Assembly: GCA_013265495.1 (NCBI GenBank)
Contig: MU058257.1
Coordinates: 1,168,020-1,194,154, forward strand
DNA: 26,135 nucleotides
Direction: 5' to 3'
Source of the DNA: Vicugna vicugna
Lineage: Eukaryota
The notes under the pieces are model-generated. The model had not been told where the DNA came from, searched no databases, and saw only the letters and a program-made list of their open reading frames with translations. The translations under genes and the position numbers were made by a program. Shown in pieces: positions 23,980 to 26,135 of this stretch (within the stretch, counting starts at the first letter, position 1; every line of letters begins with the position of its first letter).

Positions 23980-24138
23980 GAAAGATTTGGGAAGGAGGAA
24001 ACAGGACTGGAGACTGAAACCCCCCAAAACCGGGTTCCTCGGCCGAGTTGGTGGTTAACGTCTCTGACCGAAACATCATTCCCTTCCACGTCCATCACGT
24101 GTTCTCCACATTGAGCAGATCAAAGAAGAGGAGGAAAT

Positions 24139-24612
24139 TGTAACCAAGGGGACCCTGTGGGGCCGTCCAGGGTCGGACCCCTCCCCGTGTCCTCTGCTGC
24201 AGCTCGTCTCTGAAGGCCCCAGGTAATAGTATGTCACATATATTTCCTGAGAGTTTCAGATGCTCAAAACCACCACCAAAGGGAAGAAATGAACTTGATG
24301 ATGGCCAGCACGAGGCCCCCAGACGTGGTGTCTGGGGGTTGATGGTGTTGACTGCCCTGTTCCCTCAACATCAGCCAGTCAAAGAACTGCGCACAGCTGG
24401 TCACCTGCCCTGCAACGCACCGCCCCCTCCCTCACCTGGCCCTTAGATGGGCTTTGCTGAAACCCTCAGGGGCGCTCAGGGGTTTTCTTGGGCAAGAGCC
24501 AGGCCATCCTCCTTGCTCAGCCCCCCAGTAAAGCTTTCTCTGCTCCAAGCTCCAGCCTCTCAGTCTGATGGCCTCAGGGTATGGCGGGCACGTGAACTTG
24601 CCTTCAGTAGCA
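24139..24612 (+). repeat. 3' LTR
   Basis: TGTAACC...TAGCA immediately after the PPT; homologous to the 5' LTR. Confidence 0.93.
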
Positions 24613-24844
24613 CAGAGGGTGTGATTGTTATCATTTGCTCCTTCAGGTGAACCTGGGGCAAAGTCCAGGTGGAGGAGAAGGCTCTCCTGCAGCTGTTCTG
24701 GGGACCTGTCACCCGAAGCTCGCATCCCAGGGCTGAATGCAGCAGAGAGAGGCCCATGAAGAAACAATTCTGGGGGAGCTCAACGCAGGACAGATGCTGC
24801 CTGGGTCCTCAGACCCTGCGCTCACACCCAAGGTGGGCTCAGCG

Positions 24845-24960
24845 TTGCTGCCAATTCAAACCAAGAAGAAACTGATTTTGGGGGGGGAGGTGAGGACTAA
24901 AATCCTGAAAAATGGTGGGACCAGGATTGGAATACAGACCAGTTCGCTTGCTGCATAGCG
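24845..24960 (-). mobile_element. MIR fragment
   Basis: ccaattcaaaccaagaagaaactga...tggtgggaccaggattggaatacagac. Confidence 0.45.
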
Positions 24961-25089
24961 ATGCTTTATTGACTGCATCCCTTTTGTGGGCTCACTCACT
25001 GGCGTCTTATTGTGTTGCTGTGCTTCTGAGTCAGGATGGCAGCTTCCTTGGGAGGGGTGCTGGGCTGACTCAGACAGGGTCTTGGGCCC

Positions 25090-25395
25090 CCCATGGGGAG
25101 ACCAGGCAGTACTTCTGCTGATGCCCTACACCTGACGTGGAGGACGGAGAGACGTGCGCTTTAATAACTGTATTTCCCGTTCACCGCGTTCTTAAACACA
25201 GTCTCAGGTCATGGCCGTCTGCCCACAACAGCCTGAGGCCCTTTACTATGACCTCCAGGCAGAGTCCTCAAAGAGACACCGCTCTGGGGCAAAGCTTCTT
25301 CCTCTTTGTACCTCAAACCCTGCCCCTGCCACTCCCACAGCTCCCCTCGCGTCGGCTCACACACCACCGGCGCTCAATAAATATTTATTGGAGTC
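25090..25395 (+). mobile_element. LINE-2 3' fragment
   Basis: Tail ggcgctcaataaatatttattgga. Confidence 0.5.
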
Positions 25396-25524
25396 AATCT
25401 GCTGTAACCTTCTTCATGCTAGCGCTTTGACGATGCTAAACGTCTAAGCCAGTCAACCTGAGAATAACAAAACTGTTTTCCTAAGGAAGACGCATATTTC
25501 CAAATGACACTTGTGAGCTTTCTC

Positions 25525-26010
25525 TGATTACAAAGGTAATACATATTCATGGTAGAAATTTGGAAAATTCAGAAAAGCATAAATAAAAAGTAAAATAATG
25601 AATCCTCCCATCGCCTACAAAAGAGCCCCAGCAAACATTTCGATGCTTGTTCTGCTTTCTGGCCTCTGTTCACATCTATTACAAAACTGGGATGGTGGGA
25701 TAACTATTTTTAATCGTTTTTTTTAACATAACTTACGAGCTTTATCATGCGTGGCCTTAAATATTCTCCAAGAACGTGATTTCTAATGGTTGCAATGTAT
25801 TCTACCATATGGATGTCCCTGCATTCTGCAATTTAACCAATTTCCTTTGTTGGGTATTTTGGTTGTTTTTAATTTTCCACTATTATAAATAAAGCATCAG
25901 TGAACATCCTAGCACATAAATCTTTGCACCCATTTTAATTATTTCCATATGTGAAATTCCTAGAAGTGGAGTTGCCCAAAGATTGAAAAGCAAGAGTGTT
26001 TTGAAGATGA
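25525..26010 (-). mobile_element. Ancient L1M(C/E) 3' end
   Basis: aatgtattctaccatatggatg..tttggttgtttttaattttccactattataaataaagcatcagtgaacatcc..gaaattcctagaagtgga. Confidence 0.75.
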
Positions 26011-26135
26011 AAAATGACACTCAGGCCAGAGTGTAACTTCATCCTTTTAGGGAGAGGAGGACCAGGTAACAGTCTCTTGGCCTCAAAGCACAACCCTGAC
26101 TGTTGCGGTTCGTGGATCTGCCATCTTCCCGCAGG

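Larger units (their letters stand above)
18631..24612 (+). mobile_element. Two-LTR, non-autonomous class I (ERV1) provirus
   Basis: Direct ~470-bp LTRs, PBS, gag and env remnants, PPT aaagaagaggaggaaa (24122-24137), flanks cagg/caga (3 of 4 TSD positions match); AT-rich non-coding internal region. Confidence 0.92.

Overview
This is mammalian genomic DNA, most likely from a camelid or other cetartiodactyl, judging by a tRNA-Ala-like SINE and the style of the young L1 3' ends. I recognise no host protein-coding exon, and the listed ORFs are L1 ORF2 remnants or chance ORFs. Most of the window is transposable-element sequence: two relatively young, oppositely oriented 5'-truncated L1s, older L1M/L2/MIR/hAT/Tigger/ERVL fragments, and a multi-layer nest at ~11.6-15.8 kb. 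The main structure is a ~6 kb two-LTR class I (ERV1) provirus at 18631-24612. It has a degenerate tRNA-Arg PBS, a leader splice donor, a gag matrix remnant, no recognisable pol, an env TM remnant and a PPT. It also carries a nested antisense solo LTR with a perfect 4-bp TSD and a second internal PPT-like junction that suggests a chimeric origin. LTR-LTR and SINE differences are unusually rich in transversions and A/T-versus-G/C changes, which suggests GC-biased gene conversion. Repeat family names come from recalled consensus similarity, not database searches, and boundaries of old repeats are approximate.
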